Of a stretch of DNA of 64,000 bases, positions 9,534 through 19,251 are shown piece after piece. Numbering within the stretch: the stretch's first letter is position 1; every line of letters starts with the position of its first letter. The notes beneath the pieces are model-generated. The model ran no database searches, was not told where the DNA came from, and saw nothing but the letters and a program-made list of their open reading frames with translations. The stretch is from positions 1,760,001-1,824,000 of the forward strand of contig OY821645.1 of assembly GCA_963682135.1 (NCBI GenBank), read 5' to 3'. The translations under genes were made by a program, and so were the position numbers. Source of the DNA: Methanothrix sp. Lineage in GTDB: Archaea > Halobacteriota > Methanosarcinia > Methanotrichales > Methanotrichaceae.

Positions 9534-10628
9534 TCAGCTCTTGCCCCTTCTCTTGATTATTATCAGCGCGGCCGCACCCAGCACTATGAGGATGACTAAT
9601 GCAGCCGCCAGCGGCTCAGCGGTGCTCTGCGGCTCAATCTCAATGTAAGCGTTCTCCGAGTCAAAGAGATCATCCCGGAAGCTGTCGGAAAAGTCGAAGA
9701 GTACTTTAAGCTGGTATCTCTTGGCGGCAACGGCATCCTGGGACACATCCAGCTTGAAGATGAGATCCGCTTCCTCTCCCGGCAAGAGAAGAGGAATAGG
9801 CGACTCGTCCATGCTCACATATATGCCGCTCTCGGGCTCAAGCTTGGCCACCAGGTCCCGGGCCTTGTCATGGCCGATATTTTTTATGCGGATCTTTACC
9901 ACATTGTCCTTCGAGCCCACTGCGAGAGTTGACGGGCTCACATCCATGATCTTATACTCTGCTCCACTCCTCCGCTCGACTTTGAGCGTCAGGGGAATGG
10001 TCTGGCTGAGGGTTTCATACCAGTAGTAGACATCAGGATTTTCCGGACGATCCTCATCACCCACTACCGAGACATCTTTTTGATAGGTGTAATTGACCAG
10101 GGCATTGAGCTGGTAGATGCCTGGCCTTGTATTTTTGTATGCCTCAATGGGAAACTCCAACCGGGCAGAGGTCTGGCCCTCCCGGATGCTGCCGGGAAAG
10201 GCCACGGCACGTTTGATGTCTATGGCGCTCTCGTTCTCGGCTACCAGGAGAATGGACACATCCTGGGCAATAGTTCTCTGCTTTTCCAGCTCTTGCTCGC
10301 GTTCTGCTGCCAGGATCTCCTCTTTTTTATTGGCCCCCGGCTCCTCGTTGACCTCGAAGGCCACAATCCGTCCCCGGTTGGTGAGGGTGACGAAGAGCGA
10401 TGTCGCTTCACCCTGATCGACATTGGAGCGTTCCAATGAGAGGGTCAAATTGGGCGTTCCATAGACCTTGTAGTAGTCGTCCCCAAACTCTTCCGGCGGT
10501 ATGGGCGCTCCCGCTTCAAGTGCCAGGGCGCTCTGGAAGACTGTGCCCGCTAAAAGCAGAGCAAATATACACAACAATCCGGAAAAGAGGGCAGATCGGA
10601 AGAGATTATTTATTATCATCGTATCCAT
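9534..10628 (-). CDS. COG1361-like S-layer/CARDB domain membrane-anchored protein
   Basis: Signal peptide, Ig-like repeats (VTLTNRG, IRIKNIG), C-terminal TM with basic tail KRRGKS. Confidence 0.7.
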   Translation of the reverse strand: MDTMIINNLFRSALFSGLLCIFALLLAGTVFQSALALEAGAPIPPEEFGDDYYKVYGTPNLTLSLERSNVDQGEATSLFVTLTNRGRIVAFEVNEEPGANKKEEILAAEREQELEKQRTIAQDVSILLVAENESAIDIKRAVAFPGSIREGQTSARLEFPIEAYKNTRPGIYQLNALVNYTYQKDVSVVGDEDRPENPDVYYWYETLSQTIPLTLKVERRSGAEYKIMDVSPSTLAVGSKDNVVKIRIKNIGHDKARDLVAKLEPESGIYVSMDESPIPLLLPGEEADLIFKLDVSQDAVAAKRYQLKVLFDFSDSFRDDLFDSENAYIEIEPQSTAEPLAAALVILIVLGAAALIIIKRRGKS

Positions 10629-10645
10629 ATAATCAGAAGCAACAA

Positions 10646-10678
10646 TCTATATAACTTTGTTGTCACTAACGTAGTTAC
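10646..10678. promoter_or_regulatory. Divergent promoter with TATA element and near-palindromic operator
   Basis: tatataa at 10648-10654; gtcACTAacgTAGTtac at 10662-10678 abutting the TrmB ATG. Confidence 0.5.
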
Positions 10679-11401
10679 ATGCGAGAAGAAATCGTTGGTG
10701 GCTTGCGAAAGCTGGGTCTGACGGAGTATGAGGCCAAAGCCTATGCGGCATTGGTGGGCATGGGAGAGGCCTCGGCGAGAGAGATTCACGAGCTATGCGG
10801 CGTTCCCAGAACCAGGATTTATGATATCCTCCGGGATCTGGCTGGAAAGGGCTTTGTGGAGTATGTGCAGGGCTCGCCCTCCTCCTACCGAGCGGTGGAA
10901 CCTGACCGGGTCATTGAAAAGCTGCGAAATGAGCTGGTGGCATCCATCGATCAATCAACGAGCGAGCTATTGAGTCTCAATCTAGAGGCGCATGGCAGCT
11001 CACCCGTCTGGTGCGTGCGAAGCGAGTGGGGCATAAAAAACAGAATCCGGGATTTTCTCGACAACGTGGAACAAGAGCTGATCATCTTTTGCCGCAGCCC
11101 GTCGCTCTTGAGCGAGCACAGGACGGACCTGAAAAGAGTGCCGGACCTTAAGATCAAAGTAGACCGAAAAGAAAAATTCGAGGGCATAGACTTGGATATT
11201 CAAGAGATGAAAGAGGGTTCGGAGAGGTATTTTAAAGACTACGTCATCGATGGTGCCAGCAATAGCATAGACGGCCTGATGATCGCCGACGGTTGCTCCT
11301 CGATCGTCATCGGCACCGTTGGCGGGGAGCGGCTGGCCGTGATCATCAAGCTTCCTGTGGTGGCCATGCTGCAAAAAGCAGTTTGGGAATCACTGGTCTA
11401 G
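10679..11401 (+). CDS. TrmB-family transcriptional regulator
   Basis: LGLTEYEAKAYAAL...GVPRTRIYDILRDL wHTH. Confidence 0.92.
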   Translation: MREEIVGGLRKLGLTEYEAKAYAALVGMGEASAREIHELCGVPRTRIYDILRDLAGKGFVEYVQGSPSSYRAVEPDRVIEKLRNELVASIDQSTSELLSLNLEAHGSSPVWCVRSEWGIKNRIRDFLDNVEQELIIFCRSPSLLSEHRTDLKRVPDLKIKVDRKEKFEGIDLDIQEMKEGSERYFKDYVIDGASNSIDGLMIADGCSSIVIGTVGGERLAVIIKLPVVAMLQKAVWESLV

Positions 11402-11887
11402 CGGGAGATAAAATATCACATCCTCATCAGGAACGCAGGCCACGGCAAAACCGCGCTCTTTTAGACGGAAGCAGACCGCTACCATCAGTTCCTCCAGGCA
11501 CTCGTTATGATGCTCAACGGCCAGACCCTTGAACTTTTCAAAGCCGCCGGTGATCATGTTCTCCTCAAACTCTGCCTCAGGCAAGACGACCTCCATTTTC
11601 GTCTCCACCTCCAGGCACAGGCCGAACTCCCCAGCAGCCTTTTCCAGAAGGCGATAGAATTCATCATAATTCATGGTGGAGAGAACTGCCTCTGCCCGGC
11701 TGCCACGGTCTTTGGGGTCCTTTCTGGCTAAATAGATATGATAGCCTGCGTCGTCAATCGTTTCCAGTTCCTGGCCGGATGAGATCTGCTCGGCTGCCTT
11801 TTCCATTGCCTGAAGATGCCTTTCCAGATCTTGCATCACCCGTTGAGAGATCACCAAAAGCTCATTCTTGCGTTTTTGTGCGGACAC
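11390..11887 (-). CDS. Hypothetical protein
   Basis: 165-aa ORF, GTG start with upstream AGGAG; acidic, no recognised motif. Confidence 0.6.
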   Translation of the reverse strand: MSAQKRKNELLVISQRVMQDLERHLQAMEKAAEQISSGQELETIDDAGYHIYLARKDPKDRGSRAEAVLSTMNYDEFYRLLEKAAGEFGLCLEVETKMEVVLPEAEFEENMITGGFEKFKGLAVEHHNECLEELMVAVCFRLKERGFAVACVPDEDVIFYLPLDQ

Positions 11888-12002
11888 AACACCGGCTCCT
11901 TGTTCTTAATCATTGAGACAAACAACATTTGGATGCCATCTCATTAGCCTGGCAAACTATTAATATTCCTCATCTTTTTCTGAATCAGGAGGATAAGAAG
12001 AT

Positions 12003-12836
12003 TTGAATAAGGACTGCCATCTGGACCCGGAAGAGCTGGAGTTTTGGGAGAGCCAGAAGAGGTGCGGAGAAGATGTTGACCTCAAGCTGGCACGTGATCT
12101 GCCTGACGATACGCCCGATTTCATATTGAAAATGATGGGTGATTTCGAGGAGGGCGCAGCAGATTTCTGCTTTTCCGGGGCGCAAGGCCGGGTCCTGGAT
12201 GCAGGCTGCGGCAATGGCAATCTGCTTCTGAGGGCACTGAAAAATAGAAAAGGCCAGGCAAGGGCGGAAAGAGAAGCCTTGCAGGTCATAGGCATGGACT
12301 TCTCCGGCAACATGCTGGGCCGGGCGGCCCTTCGAGCGGGGGGCGATGAAAGGGCCGGCTTTTTGCAGGGTTCTGTGACCAGCCTACCTTTCCGGGATCA
12401 GTCCTTCGAGCGGGTGGTAAGCAGCGGTGTATTGACCTGCTTGCCCAATACACAGGCCGCAGCAAGAGCTTTGCAGGAATTTTATCGAGTATTAAAACCG
12501 GAAGGGATTTTGGTTGTGGACTTCTTTTCCCGCACCTCCCACTATACCCTGATCAGGAAGCATCTCTTCAGGGAAGCGATAAATCCTCCGGAATATGTCT
12601 CGCCGAAGGAGTTTCAAAGAGCATTGGAGGATGCAGGCTTCGCGGTTCTCTCCTGCCGCGGTTTTGACTTCAAACCCTGCCAGGGATACCTCTTCCTGAG
12701 CCATTGGCGAAGAGTAATCGATCCGGGCTATTTTCAGGAGAGGCTCTCTTGCTTTCTGGAACGCAAGGTACTGCCCGGGAGGCAGAGGCTCAATCTCCTG
12801 GGCTACCGGATATATGTAAAATGCATCAAGAAATAG
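12003..12836 (+). CDS. Class I SAM-dependent methyltransferase
   Basis: VLDAGCGNG, GMDFS, LPFRDQSF and RVLKPEG motifs. Confidence 0.88.
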   Translation: MNKDCHLDPEELEFWESQKRCGEDVDLKLARDLPDDTPDFILKMMGDFEEGAADFCFSGAQGRVLDAGCGNGNLLLRALKNRKGQARAEREALQVIGMDFSGNMLGRAALRAGGDERAGFLQGSVTSLPFRDQSFERVVSSGVLTCLPNTQAAARALQEFYRVLKPEGILVVDFFSRTSHYTLIRKHLFREAINPPEYVSPKEFQRALEDAGFAVLSCRGFDFKPCQGYLFLSHWRRVIDPGYFQERLSCFLERKVLPGRQRLNLLGYRIYVKCIKK

Positions 12837-12934
12837 AGTCATTATCCTTCAAGCTCGCCTATTTCTAACATATTTTTGATCTGATATTTGAATCCGAATA
12901 AGAAAAAAGAGGACGATGAGATCTTCATCGCCAT

Positions 12935-14092
12935 TTAGAAATGAAACTCAATGTGGAAGGGTATGTAGAAGATCCACACGAAGTATATTGCCATCAGGAC
13001 AAGCCCCAGAGGAACGCCGAGCTTGGCCCATTCCTTGCTGGAGATGCCCAGCTTTCCGGCAGAGATGATATTGGGGATGTTGCCGGGGATGAGCATGCCT
13101 CCAGCGATAAGCAGGCCCATGAGAACTGCCTGAATCTGAACCATGCTCATGGCCGGGCTGATCTCAGCCGCAGTCAGGGTGGCATTATCCAGAATGGCAG
13201 AAACCATGTTAACCCAGTAGAGAATCTCAGGAGATATGCCGAGGACGTATTTGTCTATTACTACCTTCATGCCGCCGCCCAAAAGCAGGAGCGCCATGAC
13301 GAAGACATAGACCTTAATTGCCCTGATTACCACATCTTTCAGGCCGCCGTCCTCTTCTTCGCTGGCTTTGCATTCCAAGGCCTTGGCTTTGCCGGTAAAG
13401 AACATGGCAAGAAGACCCATGGCCAGACAACCGGGTATGATGTAGATGGCTAGCTGGTTGAAGAGGAAGAAGAATCCTGCGTTGAAAGGCTCTCCCTGCA
13501 GCTTGGTGATGGCAATGGTGGAAAGAGGCTCGCCTACCGGCGTAAGCACTGCACCCAGGCCAATGGAGAAGCAGGCGATGATGACCAGATTGATCTTGGT
13601 CTGCCGGTCAAAGGGCATGCAGTTCATGAGCTCTACCAGGAGCAAAGAGGCAATGATGGCCGTTATGACGCTGGAAGACAATCCCAAAATAGCCACAATC
13701 AAGAATACAATTATCTTAACGGGAATCACTTTGGTGATGGAATTCATTGCCTTCTGTACGGAAGATTTTCCATAATGGAAGAGAAGGCCTGCCACCAGAA
13801 CCGCAGGGACTATTCCCTTTACTACCGGCTCTTTGATTGCTTCCATGACGATCTCACTGTTCCAGCCGATAAGCTCGGCCTGGTGTTCGGTGTACTTCAG
13901 GGATTCTATCAAAACCTCTTTGTTGTAGAAGCTGGATATCGTTACTGCCAATACTCCCATAACGAACAGGAATACCTCAAGGTTGTGCTCGATCTTCTTG
14001 ACCATGAATGGTCCGACGAGCACAATTAGCACTATGGCAAATAAGCCAAGGTCTAGTGGGTCAAATTGCACAATTATTCCCTCCAATATCAA
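12935..14092 (-). CDS. DUF1646-family putative cation transporter
   Basis: IGLGAVLTPVGEPLSTIA, SAILDNATLTAAEI and GGMLIPGNIPNII motifs. Confidence 0.85.
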   Translation of the reverse strand: MILEGIIVQFDPLDLGLFAIVLIVLVGPFMVKKIEHNLEVFLFVMGVLAVTISSFYNKEVLIESLKYTEHQAELIGWNSEIVMEAIKEPVVKGIVPAVLVAGLLFHYGKSSVQKAMNSITKVIPVKIIVFLIVAILGLSSSVITAIIASLLLVELMNCMPFDRQTKINLVIIACFSIGLGAVLTPVGEPLSTIAITKLQGEPFNAGFFFLFNQLAIYIIPGCLAMGLLAMFFTGKAKALECKASEEEDGGLKDVVIRAIKVYVFVMALLLLGGGMKVVIDKYVLGISPEILYWVNMVSAILDNATLTAAEISPAMSMVQIQAVLMGLLIAGGMLIPGNIPNIISAGKLGISSKEWAKLGVPLGLVLMAIYFVWIFYIPFHIEFHF

Positions 14093-14396
14093 TGATCTCT
14101 AGATCCTTTGAAAGCAAGAGACCATGCCATTGCGAGTCCATTTTCGGATCTGTCTGGAGCGTTATGATTATTAGGTTTTTAACTCTTTTGGTAAAAAAGG
14201 TAAAAAGGTAAAAAAGCAATTATCCAAAACAAATATGGGTTTATATTGAATATGGTGGCATTCCTAGAAGAGATTTAAGCAAAATAGCCAAAATTACCCC
14301 TATAAAAGCCAAAAGCATTTAATATTGGGAGAGCATCCGACTAGCAAACTCTCTACGAGAGAGCGGATGTAGGATTAATAGTAATGAGGTGGTCTA

Positions 14397-15506
14397 ATGG
14401 TTACTGTACTTGGTGAGGTTGTAACTCAAGTAGATATGCTATTGGCAGTTATAGCCCTACTGGTTTTGATATTCCCCTTTAAAGTCAAGATAGTTGAGCA
14501 GAATTTGGAAGTATTTCTATTTATAATGGGCGCAGCAGCGGTCACTGTGACCAACAAGTGGACAATGGAAGTAATCACGACAGCAGCAGAAGAGCCCATA
14601 ATGAAGGGCATTGTGCCTGCCGTCTTGGTGGCTGGATTCATATTCCTCTATGGACAGAAGGCCTTCCAGAGCTTCATGGGCGGCCTGGTCAAGAAGATGA
14701 ACCTGGGCGTAATCATATTTATCTCAACCTTTATTCTGGGACTGATATGCTCCGTCATCACAGCCATCATCTCCTCGCTCTTCCTCTGCGAGATCGCCAA
14801 TACCCTGCCCCTGGACCGAAAGAACAAGATCAATTATGTGATCATTGCCTGTTTTGCCATTGGTCTGGGCGCTGTGCTTACCCCCCTGGGCGAGCCTCTG
14901 TCCACCATCGCCATATCCAAGCTATCAGGAGCACCCCTGTATGATGGCGGCCCAGGTAATGCTGGCTTCTTCTACCTATTCGATCAGCTCGGCATTCTGA
15001 TCATCCTGGGCGTCTTGCTTTGCTCTATCTTTGCCATGTACTACATCAAGCCGACCAAGGGCAAGGTTGAGCAGATGGGCAGCACCGAGGAGGGAAGCGT
15101 CAAAGAGGTTCTCATAAGAACTCTCAAGGTTTATGCCTTCGTGGCAGCTCTCTTCCTCCTGGGCGCGGGAATGGAGGTGCTCATATTCAAGTATTTCACC
15201 AAGATCCCGGATTACGTCCTCTTCTGGGTGAACATGATCTCCGCCATTCTGGATAACGCCACGTTGACAGCGGCTGAAATATCCAAGGCCCTGACCCAGA
15301 AGCAGATTAATGCAGCACTCTACGGTCTGCTTATCTCCGGCGGCATGCTCATCCCCGGCAACATCCCCAATATCATCTCTGCCGGCAAGTTGGGCATCAC
15401 CAGCAGCGAGTGGGCAAAACTTGGTGTACCATTTGGATTGGTACTCAACGCCCTGTATTTCGTAGTAGTATTCATTATGGGAATTAATCCCACAATTGGG
15501 CTCTAA
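14397..15506 (+). CDS. DUF1646-family putative cation transporter (paralog)
   Basis: Same motifs as 12935-14092; GAGGTGG SD before ATG. Confidence 0.85.
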   Translation: MVTVLGEVVTQVDMLLAVIALLVLIFPFKVKIVEQNLEVFLFIMGAAAVTVTNKWTMEVITTAAEEPIMKGIVPAVLVAGFIFLYGQKAFQSFMGGLVKKMNLGVIIFISTFILGLICSVITAIISSLFLCEIANTLPLDRKNKINYVIIACFAIGLGAVLTPLGEPLSTIAISKLSGAPLYDGGPGNAGFFYLFDQLGILIILGVLLCSIFAMYYIKPTKGKVEQMGSTEEGSVKEVLIRTLKVYAFVAALFLLGAGMEVLIFKYFTKIPDYVLFWVNMISAILDNATLTAAEISKALTQKQINAALYGLLISGGMLIPGNIPNIISAGKLGITSSEWAKLGVPFGLVLNALYFVVVFIMGINPTIGL

Positions 15507-15523
15507 TTAGGGCTCAAGATCCA

Positions 15524-15539
15524 TTTTTTTTTTTTTTTT
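15524..15539 (+). terminator. Oligo-T archaeal terminator
   Basis: T16 run 17 nt after the stop of 14397-15506. Confidence 0.55.
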
Positions 15540-15651
15540 GATCGCATTCCGTCAATATCTATATTGATTAGATTTCAATTGATCATCCAGAAACGCGGTC
15601 CGGCAAAAAGGCTACTTTAAAAAAGTTCAAGTTGGTCTTCGTCTTGCAGCT

Positions 15652-15912
15652 TTATTCTTGGGGATCTTCTTCGGGGGCTGATTGCACCGCCAGAATTTGC
15701 TTCTTTGCACCCATCTCTAATGCCTTGACGTGCCTACGCAGGAAGTATCCGGCCATGCAGATTACAACACCGCCCATCTCCAGTACAACGACAGTAGAAT
15801 TATGGATGCTCGCTGCGAGGAGAAGATCCCAGGCCACTAACATGGCCAGCAAGCCTACTAATATCAATAGTATTGCAGCCACTTTTAAAAATATATTATA
15901 CTTTGTATTCAT
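15652..15912 (-). CDS. Small two-TM hypothetical protein
   Basis: 86 aa with two hydrophobic helices. Confidence 0.55.
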   Translation of the reverse strand: MNTKYNIFLKVAAILLILVGLLAMLVAWDLLLAASIHNSTVVVLEMGGVVICMAGYFLRRHVKALEMGAKKQILAVQSAPEEDPQE

Positions 15913-16050
15913 ATCTCGCCTTACCTATGGGTTTGACCTGCCTGAATATGAACATTTGCCAGGATAATTCTTGCGGCATGTCAAGGTGTAATCGCTAATT
16001 AGCTTTGATGCCCTGCATTTTTGGGAATATCTGGATGCAGGGACATGCTG

Positions 16051-17676
16051 CTATTGCTGATTGGCCACGATCTTGACGCTGTTCTCTGCATAAGCAGATC
16101 CAAAAGATATTGCCTCCTTATTGCCCACAGTGATGTCTTCCAATTTAACTTCATCAGACTTTTGAGAAGTGAACGCTTTAATACAAAAGTTCCCAGTGGG
16201 AAAATAGATCGTTATATCCTCCCATTTGCTTCCGTCCGGAGATATGTAGCTCTGTCCAGACGATGCAGTGGCTTTGCTCGACCATCCGGGCAGAGCATAC
16301 TCGAAAGCCAACGGATAATCGTAGCCAGACGTTGTGAACTTGACGACGACTGAGAAACGCTGCCCGGCGCTGAGCGGGACTGGGGACGCCAGTCTAACCG
16401 TGTGATATCCAACCTGGGGCATGGTGCCCTTTGGGCCGATATATTCCCTTCCGTCCATCGGGCCAGAGGTTGGATCGGTGTAGATATACACCTCGTACTG
16501 CGTATTCATGTCGTTGGTGTAGAAGCTCACTGTGGTGAGGGGATTGGCGCTGCTATCAGCAGTAAAGACATTTGCCGCCCACGCGGTTTTATCGATGTAG
16601 CCAACATTACTAACCCAGCCCAGTGGATCGTACTGGTAAATTGCAGCGTAGTTGGAAGCAGATTCGCAAGTAAACGCCGTCGCTTCCTGAAGCGAGGTGT
16701 CGTAGTAGGAGATGTAGAAGTACCCTCTGTCGCCCCACCCCTCTCCCCAGCTATTCTTCACAATAAATGCGCCATTGCCTGGCGGGGCTCCCGCGAAGCC
16801 CTTGAAGTTGGTCGCAGGATAATTGTCGTCCCATCCGACTAAGGTCACATCGTGGTTAAGACTGGTATCTTCCGGGTTGTAGTACGCCGAAGGACAGCAG
16901 GAGTAATACATATTGGCCCAATAGAATCTCACATCCAATCCGCCGTACTTCATGAGCCACCACTTGATGTTGTCGTTGTCAGTACTCGATGTCCTTTCCG
17001 GCAAAAGGTATACGTCCTGTGTGTGTTTTTGTACGGTGTACACGCTCTCTCTCGCCGAGCGCACGCTGTCGCTCGGATAAGGATCGTCGACCTCGTTCAC
17101 CGGTCCGCTCCACCGTGCAAGGTAAGCCATCGACATCCATTGATTGCCGCCCCACCACCACGGTATATCAAATCCTGAATTCATAACCAGGTTCCATTCA
17201 GAGAAATCCCATGTTTGAGCGGGAAGCAAGCAAGATTCGAGCGATCCGAAAGCGCCAAAGGCCCAGCACGTTGGGTAAGGATTCTGGTCTCTAACCGACG
17301 TGACCCTGCCAATCTTTCGAAGGTCGTATGATTCTGGGTACGGATGAGTTTGAGCGGCATATGACGCCCTTTTGCCCTTGAGGTGATTGAGATCTACGGG
17401 GCCGGGAATATATCCCAATGGATTTCCTGTGGCAGTAGTCGTTACTGTAGCCTTTCCTGCCGCCAGATTCTGTTCAAATGCGAGCCACGCAGGATTGGGT
17501 GGGGCCATTGCAGGCAAATCCGACGATTGTCCACCAACGGCTGCCTGTGACATGGATGCATTCTGTGCCTCCACCGCTGTCAACGACACAGAAAAGACCG
17601 CCACCAACATGCCGGCAATCAAAATAGCGACTAGATTGCTTTCGTTCACCTGAGATCTCTTGAGAATATCAATCAC
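16051..17676 (-). CDS. Secreted papain-like C1A cysteine peptidase with lectin-like domain
   Basis: QNPYPTCWAF (catalytic Cys), NHDVTLVGWDD (His), IVKNSWGEGWG (Asn); C-terminal YQYDPLG...NFCIKAFT lectin-like domain. Confidence 0.9.
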   Translation of the reverse strand: MIDILKRSQVNESNLVAILIAGMLVAVFSVSLTAVEAQNASMSQAAVGGQSSDLPAMAPPNPAWLAFEQNLAAGKATVTTTATGNPLGYIPGPVDLNHLKGKRASYAAQTHPYPESYDLRKIGRVTSVRDQNPYPTCWAFGAFGSLESCLLPAQTWDFSEWNLVMNSGFDIPWWWGGNQWMSMAYLARWSGPVNEVDDPYPSDSVRSARESVYTVQKHTQDVYLLPERTSSTDNDNIKWWLMKYGGLDVRFYWANMYYSCCPSAYYNPEDTSLNHDVTLVGWDDNYPATNFKGFAGAPPGNGAFIVKNSWGEGWGDRGYFYISYYDTSLQEATAFTCESASNYAAIYQYDPLGWVSNVGYIDKTAWAANVFTADSSANPLTTVSFYTNDMNTQYEVYIYTDPTSGPMDGREYIGPKGTMPQVGYHTVRLASPVPLSAGQRFSVVVKFTTSGYDYPLAFEYALPGWSSKATASSGQSYISPDGSKWEDITIYFPTGNFCIKAFTSQKSDEVKLEDITVGNKEAISFGSAYAENSVKIVANQQ

Positions 17677-17880
17677 CCTTGCATCGAATATTTCATAAGG
17701 TATTCTTTAGTTATATCTATATAAAGACATGCAAATGCTGGTTAGCCAAAATGCCGATTTGCATGCAGCAACCAAGGCCTTTTGAGTCCCAGAATTGTGG
17801 CGGATTAAGTCTAACTATATTCATCAGAAAGATAAGTGAAAATAGAGATGGACTGCCGATCAGGGGCAAGGCAGTTTTTC

Positions 17881-18840
17881 TTAGGGCAGCTCGATCGTGC
17901 CCACCACCCTCAGCTTGTCGCCTTCGGGATAAGTGAGGACTGCCTTTGCTCCTGGCCGGTAGACCAGCATCTTGTCCAGCTTTAGTTTCAGCTCTGCCTT
18001 ATGCCAATCACCCTCTGCTGATGCGGCCTCGACTCTTGCCGGAACGTACTGCATCCAGTGGCCGATATGAAGGACCATTCCTTCCTTCAAAGGAGCGGGC
18101 CAGTATTTGACGATCGCTGCCTTTGCTACAATAGATGAGACCTGTTTGATGGATTTATCGTTGGTGAGAATGGTGCCCCGATCCATGTCTTCCACCTCGA
18201 TGCCCTTGAGGGCTATCCCCGTCCTTTCGCCTATACCTGCCGTGTCGAAGTCCTCATCATGCTTCTGGATGGAACGCACCTGGGCAGTCTTCTCTCCCGG
18301 CAAGACCATGAGAACGTCATGTTTCTTGATGCTCCCTTGCGCTACTGACCCCAGGACGACCGTGCCGATGCCGCGCACATTGAAGAAATGATCCACCGGC
18401 AAGGATCCAGTCGCTCTATCTTGCGGGGAAATCATCTTTCCCACATCCTCCAAGAGCCGCTCGCGCAAAACGTTTTTGTCGTCTTGCAGAAACTCATAAC
18501 CATCGACCACCGTGCCCTTGATGAAAGGAGCAATCTGCTCGCGAGAGAGATAGTTCTTCAGGACCACAATGCCCTCTTTCACGCCAATCGAATCCAGCAT
18601 GATGACCGACTCTCCAAAGGCAGGAGTTATCTGCTCTACAATCAGCAGAGCCTTCTGAGCCATGGAAACCGCGTAGAAGAGGGGCGCTAGCCTTTCCGGG
18701 TAGCGGGTCGGCTCTATGAATGTGACCGTGTTCTGTCCCTTTTTCAGGTTGTAAAATGTAAGATCGCTGCTAGTTCCCTTCTTGCCCAGCTCTTTGCCAT
18801 AGTCGAGGGACCCCAGGATCGCCACATTGAGATTCGCCAT
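17881..18840 (-). CDS. Archaeal SelB-like/EF-Tu-like protein with degenerate G domain (aSelBL type)
   Basis: VDHFFNVRGIGTVVLG and VRSIQKHD domain II motifs; no GxxxxGKT P-loop. Confidence 0.8.
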   Translation of the reverse strand: MANLNVAILGSLDYGKELGKKGTSSDLTFYNLKKGQNTVTFIEPTRYPERLAPLFYAVSMAQKALLIVEQITPAFGESVIMLDSIGVKEGIVVLKNYLSREQIAPFIKGTVVDGYEFLQDDKNVLRERLLEDVGKMISPQDRATGSLPVDHFFNVRGIGTVVLGSVAQGSIKKHDVLMVLPGEKTAQVRSIQKHDEDFDTAGIGERTGIALKGIEVEDMDRGTILTNDKSIKQVSSIVAKAAIVKYWPAPLKEGMVLHIGHWMQYVPARVEAASAEGDWHKAELKLKLDKMLVYRPGAKAVLTYPEGDKLRVVGTIELP

Positions 18841-19195
18841 ATTTATCTGAAATTATCCCTGGGATAATAGGTTTTGCGGTGGCCTAATAGCCCCTCTTTT
18901 TATAGGAGCCGGGCCGCAAATTCAAGGTTATGTGTGGAGCGGATTTGTCCGATATTGATGGAGAAATGGCCTGCAAAATGGAAGGCAATAGCAGAAAAAG
19001 TACCTGCCAAAATAAAGATCCGGGGAATGAACAGAAGAGCAAAGAAAAGAAGCCCTAACTATTTAGATATCCATTTTAAAATTATTTATTGGTATTATAT
19101 TTTTATCAGTGCAACTCCTGACCTGTTCCATCTCTTCGACGTCTTGCGCTGGCTTCATGGCACAAACGTTGTTCTTTGATCCACAACACACAATC

Positions 19196-19232
19196 TTTAA
19201 ATACAATGTACTTTTTAACTCACTATAGTACA
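19196..19232 (+). promoter_or_regulatory. trp promoter TATA box plus TGTACT-N14-AGTACA inverted repeat
   Basis: tttaaata at 19196-19203; half-sites at 19207-19212 and 19227-19232. Confidence 0.5.
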
Positions 19233-19251
19233 AGATTATACATCACATCTG

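Noticed and set aside
18874-19179. Trp-containing ORF upstream of trpD as an attenuator leader peptide
   Set aside because: 101 aa, TTG start, scattered Trp codons, and it ends upstream of the apparent TATA box
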